DNA from: a virus
Direction: 5' to 3' (one strand)
Virus record (IMG/VR): IMGVR_UViG_3300048110_000147
Span: 1 to 64,000 of that record
DNA: 64,000 nt
Below, one piece after another: positions 46,547 through 56,427 of the stretch. Within the stretch, counting starts at the first letter, position 1. The number at the start of each line of letters is the position of its first letter. The position numbers and the translations under genes were made by a program. Under the pieces are notes generated by a model. That model worked only from the letters and a program-made list of their open reading frames with translations, ran no database searches and was not told the DNA's origin.

Positions 46547-46834
46547 TTACCATTCTCTCAATATAGTTGTGCCTAACATAAACAATGAAACCGTGTTCAA
46601 CATAATCAACGCACGGTCTTTCCATATAACAGATACCCAAGTCCATAGTATAATGCCTGCGAACCCGATTGTCAAGTCATACATGCGATAGTCTGGTCCG
46701 GCAGATCGCATCGCCATTGAAATTAAAATCAAAATAGAAGCGACCCACTTGAGATACCAATCGAAGTCATCGGGGTACCACGAACGATCCGGTTTAGTTC
46801 GACCATCTGCTCTTACTTGAGGGTCTCCGTTCAC
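46547..46834 (-). CDS. 3-TM membrane protein (DUF6552-like)
   Basis: DWYLKWVAS...W.DRALI.LN. Confidence 0.65.
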   Translation of the reverse strand: MNGDPQVRADGRTKPDRSWYPDDFDWYLKWVASILILISMAMRSAGPDYRMYDLTIGFAGIILWTWVSVIWKDRALIMLNTVSLFMLGTTILREW

Positions 46835-47184
46835 GATTTACTTCCGATAGTACGACGAACGATATCGTTGTGATTGAACTCTGCCCAATACAACTCAAAT
46901 GCAACTCCGTCTTTGAGACCTTCGAACTGGTGAATCTTTCCTGGCTTGACTTGAGTGAACTCTCCCGCACGTAGAATGGTCTCATCGACAAGACCGTCTT
47001 GGTCATCTTGCCATACGCGCACGATCATCTCACCAGATTCTACGAAGAACCCGTTCCACTTATATTCATGGAGATGTTCGGAGCACTTGAAACCTTTCTT
47101 GTATTCGATACGATGAAACTCTAGAACGCCATTCGCATGAATGAGTTCTGTCTGTCCCCAAATCTTTCCTGCCTTCATAGTCAT
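46831..47184 (-). CDS. cupin domain protein
   Basis: K.WG; CSEH.H..K...F.V..G; PG..HQF. Confidence 0.8.
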   Translation of the reverse strand: MTMKAGKIWGQTELIHANGVLEFHRIEYKKGFKCSEHLHEYKWNGFFVESGEMIVRVWQDDQDGLVDETILRAGEFTQVKPGKIHQFEGLKDGVAFELYWAEFNHNDIVRRTIGSKS

Positions 47185-47209
47185 ACTACTCTCACTGGAT
47201 CATAATTAT

Positions 47210-47294
47210 TGGTGCGAAAGGAGAGACTCGAACTCTCACGCCGTGAAGCACTGGTACCTAAAACCAGCGTGTCTACCAATTCCACCACTCTCGC
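47210..47294 (-). tRNA. tRNA-Leu(UAG)
   Basis: CTGGT-TT-TAG-GT-ACCAG, variable arm, CCA. Confidence 0.95.
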
Positions 47295-47298
47295 ATAT

Positions 47299-47374
47299 TG
47301 GCTGGCAAGGCAGGGCTCGAACCTGCGACCAGATGATTAACAGTCATCGGCTCTACCAACTGAGCTACTTGCCA
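47299..47374 (-). tRNA. tRNA-Asn(GUU)
   Basis: GATGA-CT-GTT-AA-TCATC, CCA. Confidence 0.95.
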
Positions 47375-47443
47375 ATAAAAACTTCACTATTTGATAAACA
47401 TTGTATCATAGTAATACCTGTCTGTCAATAGCGAATGAAATAT

Positions 47444-47662
47444 TTATTCTCCTACCGCTGCTCTTGCAACTAATTCTTCTTGTGTCACCTTACGACTCAC
47501 AAGTTCGTTACGAAACTTTTGCTTCAACTTTGGGGTGCGACACGACAAGAACTCTTTCCACAGATTGTCTGAAGACAAATTCTTTACGTAGAACCTTTGG
47601 GTTGTTGTCTTTCCAGTCATCCGATCTTTGTTGACTGTATCTTCTTTATACTTAATTGGCAT
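47444..47662 (-). CDS. hypothetical protein
   Basis: GAGG RBS; PK.KQK.RNELV.R. Confidence 0.55.
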   Translation of the reverse strand: MPIKYKEDTVNKDRMTGKTTTQRFYVKNLSSDNLWKEFLSCRTPKLKQKFRNELVSRKVTQEELVARAAVGE

Positions 47663-47669
47663 TCTTACC

Positions 47670-47894
47670 TCACATTTTAAAATAGGGTAACGCAACATTT
47701 TCTACGTTAACTTCGCTTTCTTCTTCAGCGCCACACCAAGAACATTCCTGTCCTCTGGCAACGTAGATATGACCATCGTGCATACAATGATGACTCCACA
47801 TGACCGTGCGCATGTTCATATAGAAGCATTCGTTGAACACTTCGTCCCACACTTTATTGCCTGTTTTGGAAATAGGTGACTGTGCAATATCCAT
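47670..47894 (-). CDS. hypothetical zinc-binding protein
   Basis: W.H.C...CSWCG. Confidence 0.5.
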   Translation of the reverse strand: MDIAQSPISKTGNKVWDEVFNECFYMNMRTVMWSHHCMHDGHIYVARGQECSWCGAEEESEVNVENVALPYFKM

Positions 47895-47910
47895 TTCTCT
47901 CTCCAACTAA

Positions 47911-47985
47911 TGGTATCCCGTAGGGGACTCGAACCCCTGTTACCGCCGTGAAAGGGCGGTGTCCTAACCTCTAGACGAACGGGAC
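47911..47985 (-). tRNA. tRNA-Glu(UUC)
   Basis: CCGCC-CT-TTC-AC-GGCGG, CCA. Confidence 0.95.
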
Positions 47986-47990
47986 ACTGT

Positions 47991-48248
47991 TCACTGTATC
48001 CTTTCTATTAGAATCGTGACTTCTCCTAGAAGCCCTCTTACTGTAATTACCCAATCAAAGACATCAACGTGTACTGTATCATATTGATAGTCTTTAGTCA
48101 CTTCATCAGCAGCGCGGTCTATTGCTCTTTCTGCGTCACCGTACACACATATAAGTCCACCTGTGTGATCGTACAATATATATGCATTATTTACCTCTAC
48201 TTCTTCCGGAAACAATCCTGTTGGAAGAGATGCATAATCGATTGACAT
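47991..48248 (-). CDS. hypothetical protein
   Basis: 85 aa ORF. Confidence 0.55.
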   Translation of the reverse strand: MSIDYASLPTGLFPEEVEVNNAYILYDHTGGLICVYGDAERAIDRAADEVTKDYQYDTVHVDVFDWVITVRGLLGEVTILIERIQ

Positions 48249-48250
48249 TT

Positions 48251-48778
48251 TTATCCCTCTTTGTAGAAAATATGGTCTCCTATTCTACCTACTAATCGCA
48301 TCCTTTCATGAGTGCTCCACGAAGGATTTACATAATTGGCATGATAATGAGTAGACCCCTCTGTTATACCATTGTACTTACGGAAGAAAATCATATCTCT
48401 TGCTACATCTTTTGCACGTAACCACGAGTATGTTTCTAACGGTTCATCTGCAAGACCGTCACAATACCAACTAAACTGACACATATTGCGCCTTGGTATC
48501 TCTAGTCCTCTATCAAGTCCCCATTGACTCAGTACTGCCTGTTTAACTACTCCACAGATAGTCGATGGGTAACGTCGGTCTTGTACACGGTTTAGAGTAA
48601 CATCCGCAACTGCGTACTGTCCCGCAACACTTTCACTTCTTGCCTCATGGTATATATTCAAAGCTAAACACTCAACTTCGTCATTATCTTGCATCCGTGG
48701 TGTTTCGGCATGTGCAAGTGTAATATATCCTATAAAACCAAGAATAGATAGTGCTATTGACAAACGTATCATAAACAT
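48251..48778 (-). CDS. cell wall hydrolase (SleB/Hydrolase_2)
   Basis: CLALNIYHEARSE, V.LNRV, CQFSWYCDG, THYHA.YV.P.W, IG.HIFY. Confidence 0.92.
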   Translation of the reverse strand: MFMIRLSIALSILGFIGYITLAHAETPRMQDNDEVECLALNIYHEARSESVAGQYAVADVTLNRVQDRRYPSTICGVVKQAVLSQWGLDRGLEIPRRNMCQFSWYCDGLADEPLETYSWLRAKDVARDMIFFRKYNGITEGSTHYHANYVNPSWSTHERMRLVGRIGDHIFYKEG

Positions 48779-49165
48779 CTCCAGCTGAATTTATAGAACC
48801 ATTATACACTTCTTTTGAGAAGATGTCAAACAGTTTTCCGTAAAAGTTTTAGATATTTTGCTAACTGCTTCTTCTGTTTAGGACTAGGGTTATCTCCCGC
48901 CTTCGCCAAAAGAACAGCATACTCTCTTGCAATGTTTGATTGATAACTCAAGATACACCTTCCACGCTAAAGTAACCACATACCGTCTTGATAGCAGATA
49001 TGATTTCTTCATCTTCTTTGGGGCACAAATGGGGGATTGTATCTGATAAATTTCTGACCATCAATCGATCAAGACTTTCATCATCAACTTCTAACTGAAC
49101 TAGCATAAACACCTCAGTGGTTCTTTGTAATGTGAGAGTAATTATACTATATTATGATGGGTGTG

Positions 49166-49843
49166 TCAACTACCTTTTAGATTTTTTCGTTCTGCTGCTA
49201 TCCACTTTTCTGCTTTCTTAGAGACAGGTTTGTCAGTGAATTTCTTTGCATCGCGGTATGCAGTCAAAGTTTCTTTCTCGTAGTTCTTACCTTGAGAGTT
49301 ATCGACCACCAAGAAGTTAGGTTTACCGAACATGCGCTGGAATTTACCAATGTTACGTTGCACTAACTTCCAATATTCAGTTACACCCTTCTCTCCTAGA
49401 GTACGTGGTCGCATTGCGTCACGAGCGATAGCAGTTTCGAGATCGGTGTTAACGAAAATCATTGCGACATCATAACCCATCTCTTTTAGTTTCTTTGCTT
49501 GAGTTGCGACCTTGTCTGGATCTTTACCAGTACCATCGATCACTAATCCAAGACGACCTTTTAAGTATCTTGCTTCTTTGGTACCAGTAAGTTTTTTAGC
49601 CTTACCACGAACCTCTTGTCCCTTTGGTGAGAAGATGTTGTCTGGAGTCATGTCCATACCAATCTTCTTCATTCCAGCCTCGAACGCATCGTCGGAGTTT
49701 ACAACCTTATAACCAAAGGACTGTAATCCAGTTTTACCGACAATGAAAGATTTACCAGAGCCAGGACCACCCGCAAGGAAGATCGCCTTGAAGATTGCTG
49801 GATCATTTACACCTTCGTCGAGAAAGGACTTAAAAGATATCAT
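49166..49843 (-). CDS. P-loop kinase (zeta toxin/AAA_33/Pnk-like), putative internal protein
   Basis: AGGPGSGKS, NSDD, LVIDGTG, AIARD..R.R lid; MISFKSFLDE start. Confidence 0.85.
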   Translation of the reverse strand: MISFKSFLDEGVNDPAIFKAIFLAGGPGSGKSFIVGKTGLQSFGYKVVNSDDAFEAGMKKIGMDMTPDNIFSPKGQEVRGKAKKLTGTKEARYLKGRLGLVIDGTGKDPDKVATQAKKLKEMGYDVAMIFVNTDLETAIARDAMRPRTLGEKGVTEYWKLVQRNIGKFQRMFGKPNFLVVDNSQGKNYEKETLTAYRDAKKFTDKPVSKKAEKWIAAERKNLKGS

Positions 49844-49844
49844 C

Positions 49845-50120
49845 TTACTTATTCCAGATTTCCATTGAAGCTTCGATTAGGTCAGCCTTTCTTGTAGGGA
49901 TACGACCTTTCGAATCTTTTAATTTGGTTTTGTTTTCTTTGACATATGTCTTTAGTTTAGGCACTGTCATTCTTGAAAACTCTTCTCTTTGCTCTTCTAC
50001 AGTAGGACCGCTTGTATTTTTTACTGGTTTAGAAGGTTCTATATCCTTCTTTCTAGCAACATAAAAAAATGATGCGATTACTACTAAAAAAATAATTCCA
50101 ACTATTGCATTATTATCCAT
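49845..50120 (-). CDS. membrane-anchored protein with HeH/Rho-N-like tail
   Basis: N-terminal TM; MTVPKLK...RKADLI; late promoter at 50157-50164. Confidence 0.55.
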   Translation of the reverse strand: MDNNAIVGIIFLVVIASFFYVARKKDIEPSKPVKNTSGPTVEEQREEFSRMTVPKLKTYVKENKTKLKDSKGRIPTRKADLIEASMEIWNK

Positions 50121-50168
50121 TTCTTACTCCAAATATTTCAGTTGATTTTACAATGTTATTTATATAAT

Positions 50169-50963
50169 TTATTGACTAGACTTAGCGAAGATTTCGTGTA
50201 ACTGGTTTGCGAACACTTTTTGTGTTCTTTCGCCTGGATGTCCATGCTCTTTAATATTATTTAAAGAGATACCTATACTGTACAGATCCTCACCGTGACC
50301 CATACCAATACGACTAGTCTTTTTCAGATTAGTTATAGATTGTGTCAACCACTCTTTGTAGTCTGGAATAGATTCTATACGTCTTTCTTTATTTTGTATT
50401 TTGCCTGAAGCATCATCTGGACATTTATCTGACAATATAGACATTATGTTAGACCAGTTTCGTTTATGGAAAACTCCCTGAACTAGAGTTATTCCTTTAG
50501 CCTCACATATAACCTCTAGAGCTTTCATTTTGCTGAGAGTATGCATGATGTCGGTCTTAGAGTCATATGCCTCATCAAACATATATTTGTAAGCACGTCT
50601 CCATTCTTTATCATAAATGGTTTCAGTACGAAGCTGTGAAAACTGCGTGACATTATTCTGACGACCAATATCCTTATCACGTTCCTTCGGCATATACTCT
50701 ACAACTTCTTTGCGTTGCCATGCGGACCATATTACAACTACATGAGTGACCTCATCTTTGTAAGGGTGAGAATGCAAAAAGTCCGTAATTTCACGAAATA
50801 TTTTATCGTTACATGCACCGCAAAAACCACGGTTAGAATACTCGATACCAAGTTTCTTAGCAAGCAGGTGAGTAAAAGTATATTCCCAATGGGTAGGTGG
50901 AGACTCATCCCAACCTTTAAGTTCGTCTCCCCAGACGAAACTACATCCAGCTGTTACCAACAT
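50169..50963 (-). CDS. SGNH hydrolase-like protein
   Basis: GCSFVWG, N.G..G..N, GHP. Confidence 0.65.
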   Translation of the reverse strand: MLVTAGCSFVWGDELKGWDESPPTHWEYTFTHLLAKKLGIEYSNRGFCGACNDKIFREITDFLHSHPYKDEVTHVVVIWSAWQRKEVVEYMPKERDKDIGRQNNVTQFSQLRTETIYDKEWRRAYKYMFDEAYDSKTDIMHTLSKMKALEVICEAKGITLVQGVFHKRNWSNIMSILSDKCPDDASGKIQNKERRIESIPDYKEWLTQSITNLKKTSRIGMGHGEDLYSIGISLNNIKEHGHPGERTQKVFANQLHEIFAKSSQ

Positions 50964-51337
50964 TAATTCTTCTCTTTATAGTCTTTGATAGCAGCTTTAA
51001 TCGCATCTTCTGCGAGTACACTGCAATGAATTTTTACGGGCGGAAGTGCGAGTTCTTTGGCGATGTCTGTATTACGGATATTCCCGGCGTCTTCAATATC
51101 TTTGCCTTTGACCCACTCTGTGAGTAGAGAACTAGAAGCAATAGCACTACCACAACCATAAGTTTTGAATTTAGCATCTTGAATAATTCCATCATCACCG
51201 ACAAGGATCTGGAGTTGCATAACGTCACCACACGCGGGTGCACCGACCATGCCAGTACCGACGTTGTCGTCTTCTTTATCCATCTTCCCCACGTTGCGTG
51301 GGTTCTCGTAATGGTCTAGAACCTTGTCGGAATACAT
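50963..51337 (-). CDS. iscU: Fe-S cluster scaffold IscU
   Basis: DHYENPRNVG, GAPACGD, GCGSAIASS, LPPVKIHCS. Confidence 0.96.
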   Translation of the reverse strand: MYSDKVLDHYENPRNVGKMDKEDDNVGTGMVGAPACGDVMQLQILVGDDGIIQDAKFKTYGCGSAIASSSLLTEWVKGKDIEDAGNIRNTDIAKELALPPVKIHCSVLAEDAIKAAIKDYKEKN

Positions 51338-51579
51338 TACTGAAATAGTTCCTCATACAACTCATAAACTTCATTAGCCTCTGTGCGAGACTCTTCCATG
51401 TTTTGTTTATGGTAGATAGTCGCAAGTTTACGGAAGTGCTTCTTATCAACACCGTACTTCTCGTTAGTGACATCTACGATATCTTTCATCAATTCTTTCT
51501 CAGCATCGATACGCAACATGCTGTCAGACATCTCTCTAATCGCGTCTGCGACTTTCTTTTTATCTTCCGGACCTATCAT
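51337..51579 (-). CDS. dsbA: T4 DsbA-like dsDNA-binding protein
   Basis: E.SDS..RI.AE......I......FRKLA.IYHKQN...LYE. Confidence 0.75.
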   Translation of the reverse strand: MIGPEDKKKVADAIREMSDSMLRIDAEKELMKDIVDVTNEKYGVDKKHFRKLATIYHKQNMEESRTEANEVYELYEELFQ

Positions 51580-51860
51580 ATTAATCTTACTCCACTTGTT
51601 GCTTCCGTCCATGCGGCGGAAAAATCATCATTAGTTAGTGTGCATAGAACATACTGTTGGAAACAAACCTTCTCAGGATTTTCCTTACTTGTCATACACA
51701 CACCACGTGCAAAACCGATACCTTGATCACCATGAATCAACATACGAGGATCTTTGAGCGTAACTGTACCATCACTATTCATGCCGCCCAAATTACTTTC
51801 CAAACGACCTACGTATTCTCCACTTACTGTGACAACCGTCACCACATCATTATTCTTCAT
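51576..51860 (-). CDS. Sm-like hypothetical protein
   Basis: VVTVVT.SGEYVG.L...TL..PR; W.EATSG. Confidence 0.6.
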   Translation of the reverse strand: MKNNDVVTVVTVSGEYVGRLESNLGGMNSDGTVTLKDPRMLIHGDQGIGFARGVCMTSKENPEKVCFQQYVLCTLTNDDFSAAWTEATSGVRLI

Positions 51861-52533
51861 TTTCAATCTCTTCAATTAACATATCACGCATTTGTTGTGC
51901 TTTCGCATCTTCGGGATTATCCACACTACCATTATTCACAAATTTATATGCGAGAGTAATGCGCTGACAGCCTGCATACGCAGCGTGCCAACAGTGTAGG
52001 TCTTCTTCATGACCCGCACCGAAATAATAGTGACGACACTGCCAGCCAGGTACATCCTGAATCTTTACAATCTCATCTGTCTTCTTATCGTAGTACTCAA
52101 AGAAACCTTCTCCGGTCTCTGACCACGTGAATAAGACTTGGTATGCATTGGCATCATAGTTAGTGTGCCATCCTACAAAACCGCCTGGCGGGTAATAGGA
52201 GAGTAAAGCGGACGTATGCGCACCTAGGTGAGAAGCAAAATCATACTTCACCTTCTGCATAAATCCACCCCACATCTCCTTGTCTTCACGCACCATTTTG
52301 GAGATTGGTTGTGCGAAGTATCTATCGGGCGGGCCAACCAGACCATCACGACCACGAGACAAACAGTCTTCTAGATATTCACGAGAAGTGTAATAATCCC
52401 CTTTGTGAACATCTTCTGGTTCGTGATAGGTCCAATACTTTTCGTCGTTGTACGACGGTTTAGACAGCATCTCATCTGAGAAACTGTTTAGAGTCTCTAA
52501 CAACTCTTTATTACGAATAACTACCTCAGTCAT
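51850..52533 (-). CDS. 2OG-Fe(II) oxygenase-like protein
   Basis: YPPGGFVGWHTN (HxN variant), WH, RITLAY. Confidence 0.65.
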   Translation of the reverse strand: MTEVVIRNKELLETLNSFSDEMLSKPSYNDEKYWTYHEPEDVHKGDYYTSREYLEDCLSRGRDGLVGPPDRYFAQPISKMVREDKEMWGGFMQKVKYDFASHLGAHTSALLSYYPPGGFVGWHTNYDANAYQVLFTWSETGEGFFEYYDKKTDEIVKIQDVPGWQCRHYYFGAGHEEDLHCWHAAYAGCQRITLAYKFVNNGSVDNPEDAKAQQMRDMLIEEIENEE

Positions 52534-52535
52534 TA

Positions 52536-52733
52536 TTAAAAATCATCCTCATCATCAAGTACATTTTTAAATCTTTCATTCGCTTTCTTTAAGTCGTTCT
52601 CAGTGACAGCTCCCATCTCAAGTAAGTATGAGACTGCGGCATTAATACCCTCTTGTCTGCCAGCTCTCTTGGCGAACCAAGTGGCGGCCGCCATAAGCAT
52701 TATCGTGAAAACGGTTTGCGTAATCGGATCCAT
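52536..52733 (-). CDS. small membrane protein
   Basis: N-terminal TM. Confidence 0.55.
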   Translation of the reverse strand: MDPITQTVFTIMLMAAATWFAKRAGRQEGINAAVSYLLEMGAVTENDLKKANERFKNVLDDEDDF

Positions 52734-52742
52734 AGTGATTCC

Positions 52743-54137
52743 CTAAAATTTAAAGTTTTCGAATTTCTCTGAGTCAATTCTCTGACCAGAGTTTGAGTTA
52801 TCAAAGGCTGGACCATTATCTACTTCTTTATTTAGGGGCGAATCGTTTTGATCTACATCAAATAAACGCATTTTACTTCTATCAATACCAACGACAAATC
52901 TTTGGTTTACACCTAGGTCGTTGTACCTATTCTTCAATTGTTTAACTAATATTTGACCATTTGCATTCAACTCATCATTACTGATCAGAGCAAACATCAA
53001 ATCTGCTGTGGCAGGGAGACCGAACGATTCAGAGGTGTCCTCAAGACTCACATCATCGTTGCTGTAACCCGAGCGAGTAGTCTGGGTTGCAGATACTACC
53101 GGAACGTCAAACTCAACAGCAAGTCCACGCAGTTCTTCAGCAATGGATTTGATATATGTATAAGAGTTGATAGCACCACCCATCGACTTCATTCTAGCAG
53201 AAGAACATATGTTAAGATAATCGATGAAGATGATATCGGGTAGGAACTTCTTCTTCAGTTTCAACTCATTAAGAAGTGCACGGAAGTGATTTGCATGTGC
53301 ACTGCCAGTCGGGTATTCTTTAATGATCAGTTTACCAGTAGTCTTGTCTGCGACAGTCTTAACACGATTTGTAAACATGTCTTTACTAAGATGTTCCAAT
53401 TGGTCAATAGGCACGTTCAGTAAATTAGCATCGATACGTTCTGCAATACGTTCTTCGGACATCTCCATAGTGACATACAAAACGTTCTTGTTCTGACTGA
53501 GTGCTGCAGCTGCAGCATGACACATAAACAGAGACTTACCTACACCAGTACCAGCAAGAGCGATATTGAGAGTTTTGTTAGGTAACCCGCCTTTGGTTAT
53601 ACGGTTGAAGTAGTCTAGATCCCAAGGGAGACGTTCTTCGTCCATATGGTAGAAGTCCCACCGAGCATCGATATTTTCTAAGTAGTCGTGACCGATGTTA
53701 GTGTCAAATGACACAGACAGTGCCTTAGACAATACGTCAGGTATCGCATTCTTAGATAACTCTTGGTGCTTACCATCAATGATGGAAATAGACTCCATCA
53801 CTGCATTGAATACTGCACGGTCTTGACACCACTTCTCAGTGCGTTCTACCAACCACGATAAGTCTTCCTCAGCATACTTGAAGATGTCTGGAAGGATATC
53901 CATAGTGTGACGATAATGTTCGTCAGACATACGGTCCTCAGAATCAATCTCAATCTTGAGTGCTTCCTTAGATGGGAGATTGTTGTACTTTGCGATGTAG
54001 GCAGTGAACTCTTTGAAGACACTTTTATAAGTACCTTCAAAGTATTCGGGAGAGAGGAAGGGGGCGACCTTCCTCATGTAGGAATCGTTAGTCAGTAGAT
54101 TCCGGAGAATCGTCTGCTGTAGATTGATGTCCGTCAT
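52743..54137 (-). CDS. 41: replicative DNA helicase gp41
   Basis: LAGTGVGKSLFMC, EMSEE.IAERIDAN, DYLNIC, SATQTTR, SESFGLPATAD. Confidence 0.97.
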   Translation of the reverse strand: MTDINLQQTILRNLLTNDSYMRKVAPFLSPEYFEGTYKSVFKEFTAYIAKYNNLPSKEALKIEIDSEDRMSDEHYRHTMDILPDIFKYAEEDLSWLVERTEKWCQDRAVFNAVMESISIIDGKHQELSKNAIPDVLSKALSVSFDTNIGHDYLENIDARWDFYHMDEERLPWDLDYFNRITKGGLPNKTLNIALAGTGVGKSLFMCHAAAAALSQNKNVLYVTMEMSEERIAERIDANLLNVPIDQLEHLSKDMFTNRVKTVADKTTGKLIIKEYPTGSAHANHFRALLNELKLKKKFLPDIIFIDYLNICSSARMKSMGGAINSYTYIKSIAEELRGLAVEFDVPVVSATQTTRSGYSNDDVSLEDTSESFGLPATADLMFALISNDELNANGQILVKQLKNRYNDLGVNQRFVVGIDRSKMRLFDVDQNDSPLNKEVDNGPAFDNSNSGQRIDSEKFENFKF

Positions 54138-54450
54138 TTGAGTCCTTCTTCTGTAGTGAACCAGTTTCGATTGCCGATTCTAGAATGTCTCCTAGTACCT
54201 CACCGGCAAACCCTTGTAGCTGTGTATTGTCTGTATTATACACGCTTGGGTCTAATGTGTCAACCACGTCGAAGGTAAAACTAATATTTTGCTCTTCCCC
54301 ATTAATACGAACGTTATTAAAACGAATTGTAACATCTTCGTACGGTTCTCGTTTGAGATTCACATTCCATGTTTCTGCACCATCAACTACAGCTGGTTCT
54401 AATGTATAGTCGATGTTTTCAGACGGTTTATCTAGATCTAGGTCTTTCAC
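54088..54450 (-). CDS. acidic protein in gp40 position
   Basis: Between uvsX and 41; F...GEVLGDIL. Confidence 0.5.
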   Translation of the reverse strand: MKDLDLDKPSENIDYTLEPAVVDGAETWNVNLKREPYEDVTIRFNNVRINGEEQNISFTFDVVDTLDPSVYNTDNTQLQGFAGEVLGDILESAIETGSLQKKDSNDGHQSTADDSPESTD

Positions 54451-55502
54451 ACCAGTTCCTCTTCAATCAATGTTTCAGGGTTAATCTCGCTCTTGTATCC
54501 TATCTGATACGTCTTCTTCAAGAACTCTGCAAAGTCAGTTGACTCAAAAATAGGTTCCCAGAAGTCAGCGGTCATGGTTTCTTTCAATCGCAATTTAGAA
54601 CCAAGTACTTCACCTGTAGTCAAGTCAACACGTTGATACCAACCATTGGATGGTTTGTCGACATACCCACCCGCAAGGGCAACATCAAGAAGACCAGAGT
54701 ACTTCTGCACCCCACCTTCCCAAGATACGCCAATCGGAATCTTAGATTGTTCTTTCACGAATCGAGACTTCTCGACTTTAATAACAAAGTCATAACCAAC
54801 AATTTCAGTACCCTGCTTCTCTTGACGACGACCGATGATCCAGATGTTGTCGGCAGAGTAATAGATACCAGTACCACCACTCACGATATCTTTTGGAAAC
54901 AAACCAATCTCTTTATAAGTGTGATTGATTGCAAGCATCGGAATGTTCTTCATCGCAAGGTATGGTGTTGACATACGGAACAGACCTTTCAGTGCCTTCG
55001 CACGTGACATGTCTGCAACACCCTTTTCAGCCAACGCATCTTCTAGTTCTTTCTTAGACGCAAGGTTACCGATAGAGTCAATCACGATAATGACATCGTC
55101 GTTGCGGTCCAACTCTTCTAGTTGGCTGATCAAGTCAAACTTTAACTCTTCGACGTTTGCAATAGGTGTGTGCAATACTCGACTAGTATCAATACCAAAT
55201 TGTTCAAAGTAAGACTGTGGCGAACCAAACTCTGAGTCATAGAACAACATGACCGCATCTGGTTTCGCGTTAAGGTATGCACCTGCCATGAGTAAGGCAA
55301 ATGATGTCTTAAAGTGTTTCGATGGTCCAGCGAGGACAGTAAGTCCTGGCGAGATACCACCGTCGACTGACCCCGACAACGCAACGTTCACCATCGGAAC
55401 GTCGGTCGGAACCATATCTTTTTCAGTGAAGAACTTACTAGTGGAGAGTGTCGCCGTCTCCTTTATCTTCGAGTTCTTCTTCAGTTTGTCCATTATCGAC
55501 AT
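54447..55502 (-). CDS. uvsX: UvsX RecA-like recombinase
   Basis: AGPSKHFKT, YDSEFG, DSIGNLASKKE, SGGTGIYYSAD. Confidence 0.97.
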   Translation of the reverse strand: MSIMDKLKKNSKIKETATLSTSKFFTEKDMVPTDVPMVNVALSGSVDGGISPGLTVLAGPSKHFKTSFALLMAGAYLNAKPDAVMLFYDSEFGSPQSYFEQFGIDTSRVLHTPIANVEELKFDLISQLEELDRNDDVIIVIDSIGNLASKKELEDALAEKGVADMSRAKALKGLFRMSTPYLAMKNIPMLAINHTYKEIGLFPKDIVSGGTGIYYSADNIWIIGRRQEKQGTEIVGYDFVIKVEKSRFVKEQSKIPIGVSWEGGVQKYSGLLDVALAGGYVDKPSNGWYQRVDLTTGEVLGSKLRLKETMTADFWEPIFESTDFAEFLKKTYQIGYKSEINPETLIEEELV

Positions 55503-56427
55503 TTTTGCCTCCAAAATCTACAAATGTAATGTTGTTTACTTTTTCACGTTCATCGAGGTCATATTGTACACGATAAGCACTATTGATGTCAAGTACTTTC
55601 TCCAATAAATCGAAACTAGTTCCAGTTCCGTCCTCAAACTCATGTGTAGAGAAATCCAGAAAAGCACGTGTGTCTTTAGGGAGACATGCACCACCGAATC
55701 CACGTTTACCATCGAAGCCAGGAACACGAGTGTGACCTAGTCCTACACGGTCATCTGCACCCACGGCGCGGACGATAGTGTTGAAGTTACACCCATATAA
55801 ATTTACTAGATCATACAATTGATTAAAGAATGTAATCTTAGTAGATAAGAATGAGTTGATTGAATACTTGACAAAGGATGCCTCGTACGCAGTCATACGA
55901 TGATAATTGTTAGACTCACATGATCCGAAGATTTCATAAATGTCAATAAGGTCTTGACATGCTTCTGGCATACCACCCATGACATGAAACTTCGCAGTAA
56001 CGAAGTCTGCCTTTGCATTCTTCTCTGTGAGAAATTCTGGATTATAACAAAATCGATTCACCTGTTCTCTGTTCATCGCAGAGTATAGACGGTCGACAGA
56101 CTCCGGAGTGATGGTCGATTTAACAACTACTAGTGCATCGGTATAAACCAGACAGTTAGCAACTGCCGCTTCAACTATAGTAGAGTCAACTGAACCATCG
56201 TCATTCGACGGAGTAGGAGCGCACACGAAGAAACACTGTGGATGATTCTCTCGCGGTATGTGTTGTAAATTTTCAACAGCAGTATCATACTTTGGATCAT
56301 AGAAATTAAAGTCTACGAGAGGATGCGTGAATGCATACTCGACCGCTTGACCTACAAACCCATGACCAACAATTCCAATTCTGAATCGTGATACTTCACC
56401 ATCAGGCATTGTTCTATCTTCAGACAT
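55438..56427 (-). CDS. ugd: UDP-glucose/GDP-mannose 6-dehydrogenase
   Basis: GHGFVG, CAPTP, KSTI, YNPEFL, KY..N.FL..K, GFGGACLPKD. Confidence 0.9.
   Translation of the reverse strand: MSEDRTMPDGEVSRFRIGIVGHGFVGQAVEYAFTHPLVDFNFYDPKYDTAVENLQHIPRENHPQCFFVCAPTPSNDDGSVDSTIVEAAVANCLVYTDALVVVKSTITPESVDRLYSAMNREQVNRFCYNPEFLTEKNAKADFVTAKFHVMGGMPEACQDLIDIYEIFGSCESNNYHRMTAYEASFVKYSINSFLSTKITFFNQLYDLVNLYGCNFNTIVRAVGADDRVGLGHTRVPGFDGKRGFGGACLPKDTRAFLDFSTHEFEDGTGTSFDLLEKVLDINSAYRVQYDLDEREKVNNITFVDFGGKNVDNGQTEEELEDKGDGDTLH

Noticed and set aside
49166-49843. Zeta toxin-antitoxin pair
   Set aside because: No epsilon-like partner; the CTS-like start and late promoter fit a virion kinase better
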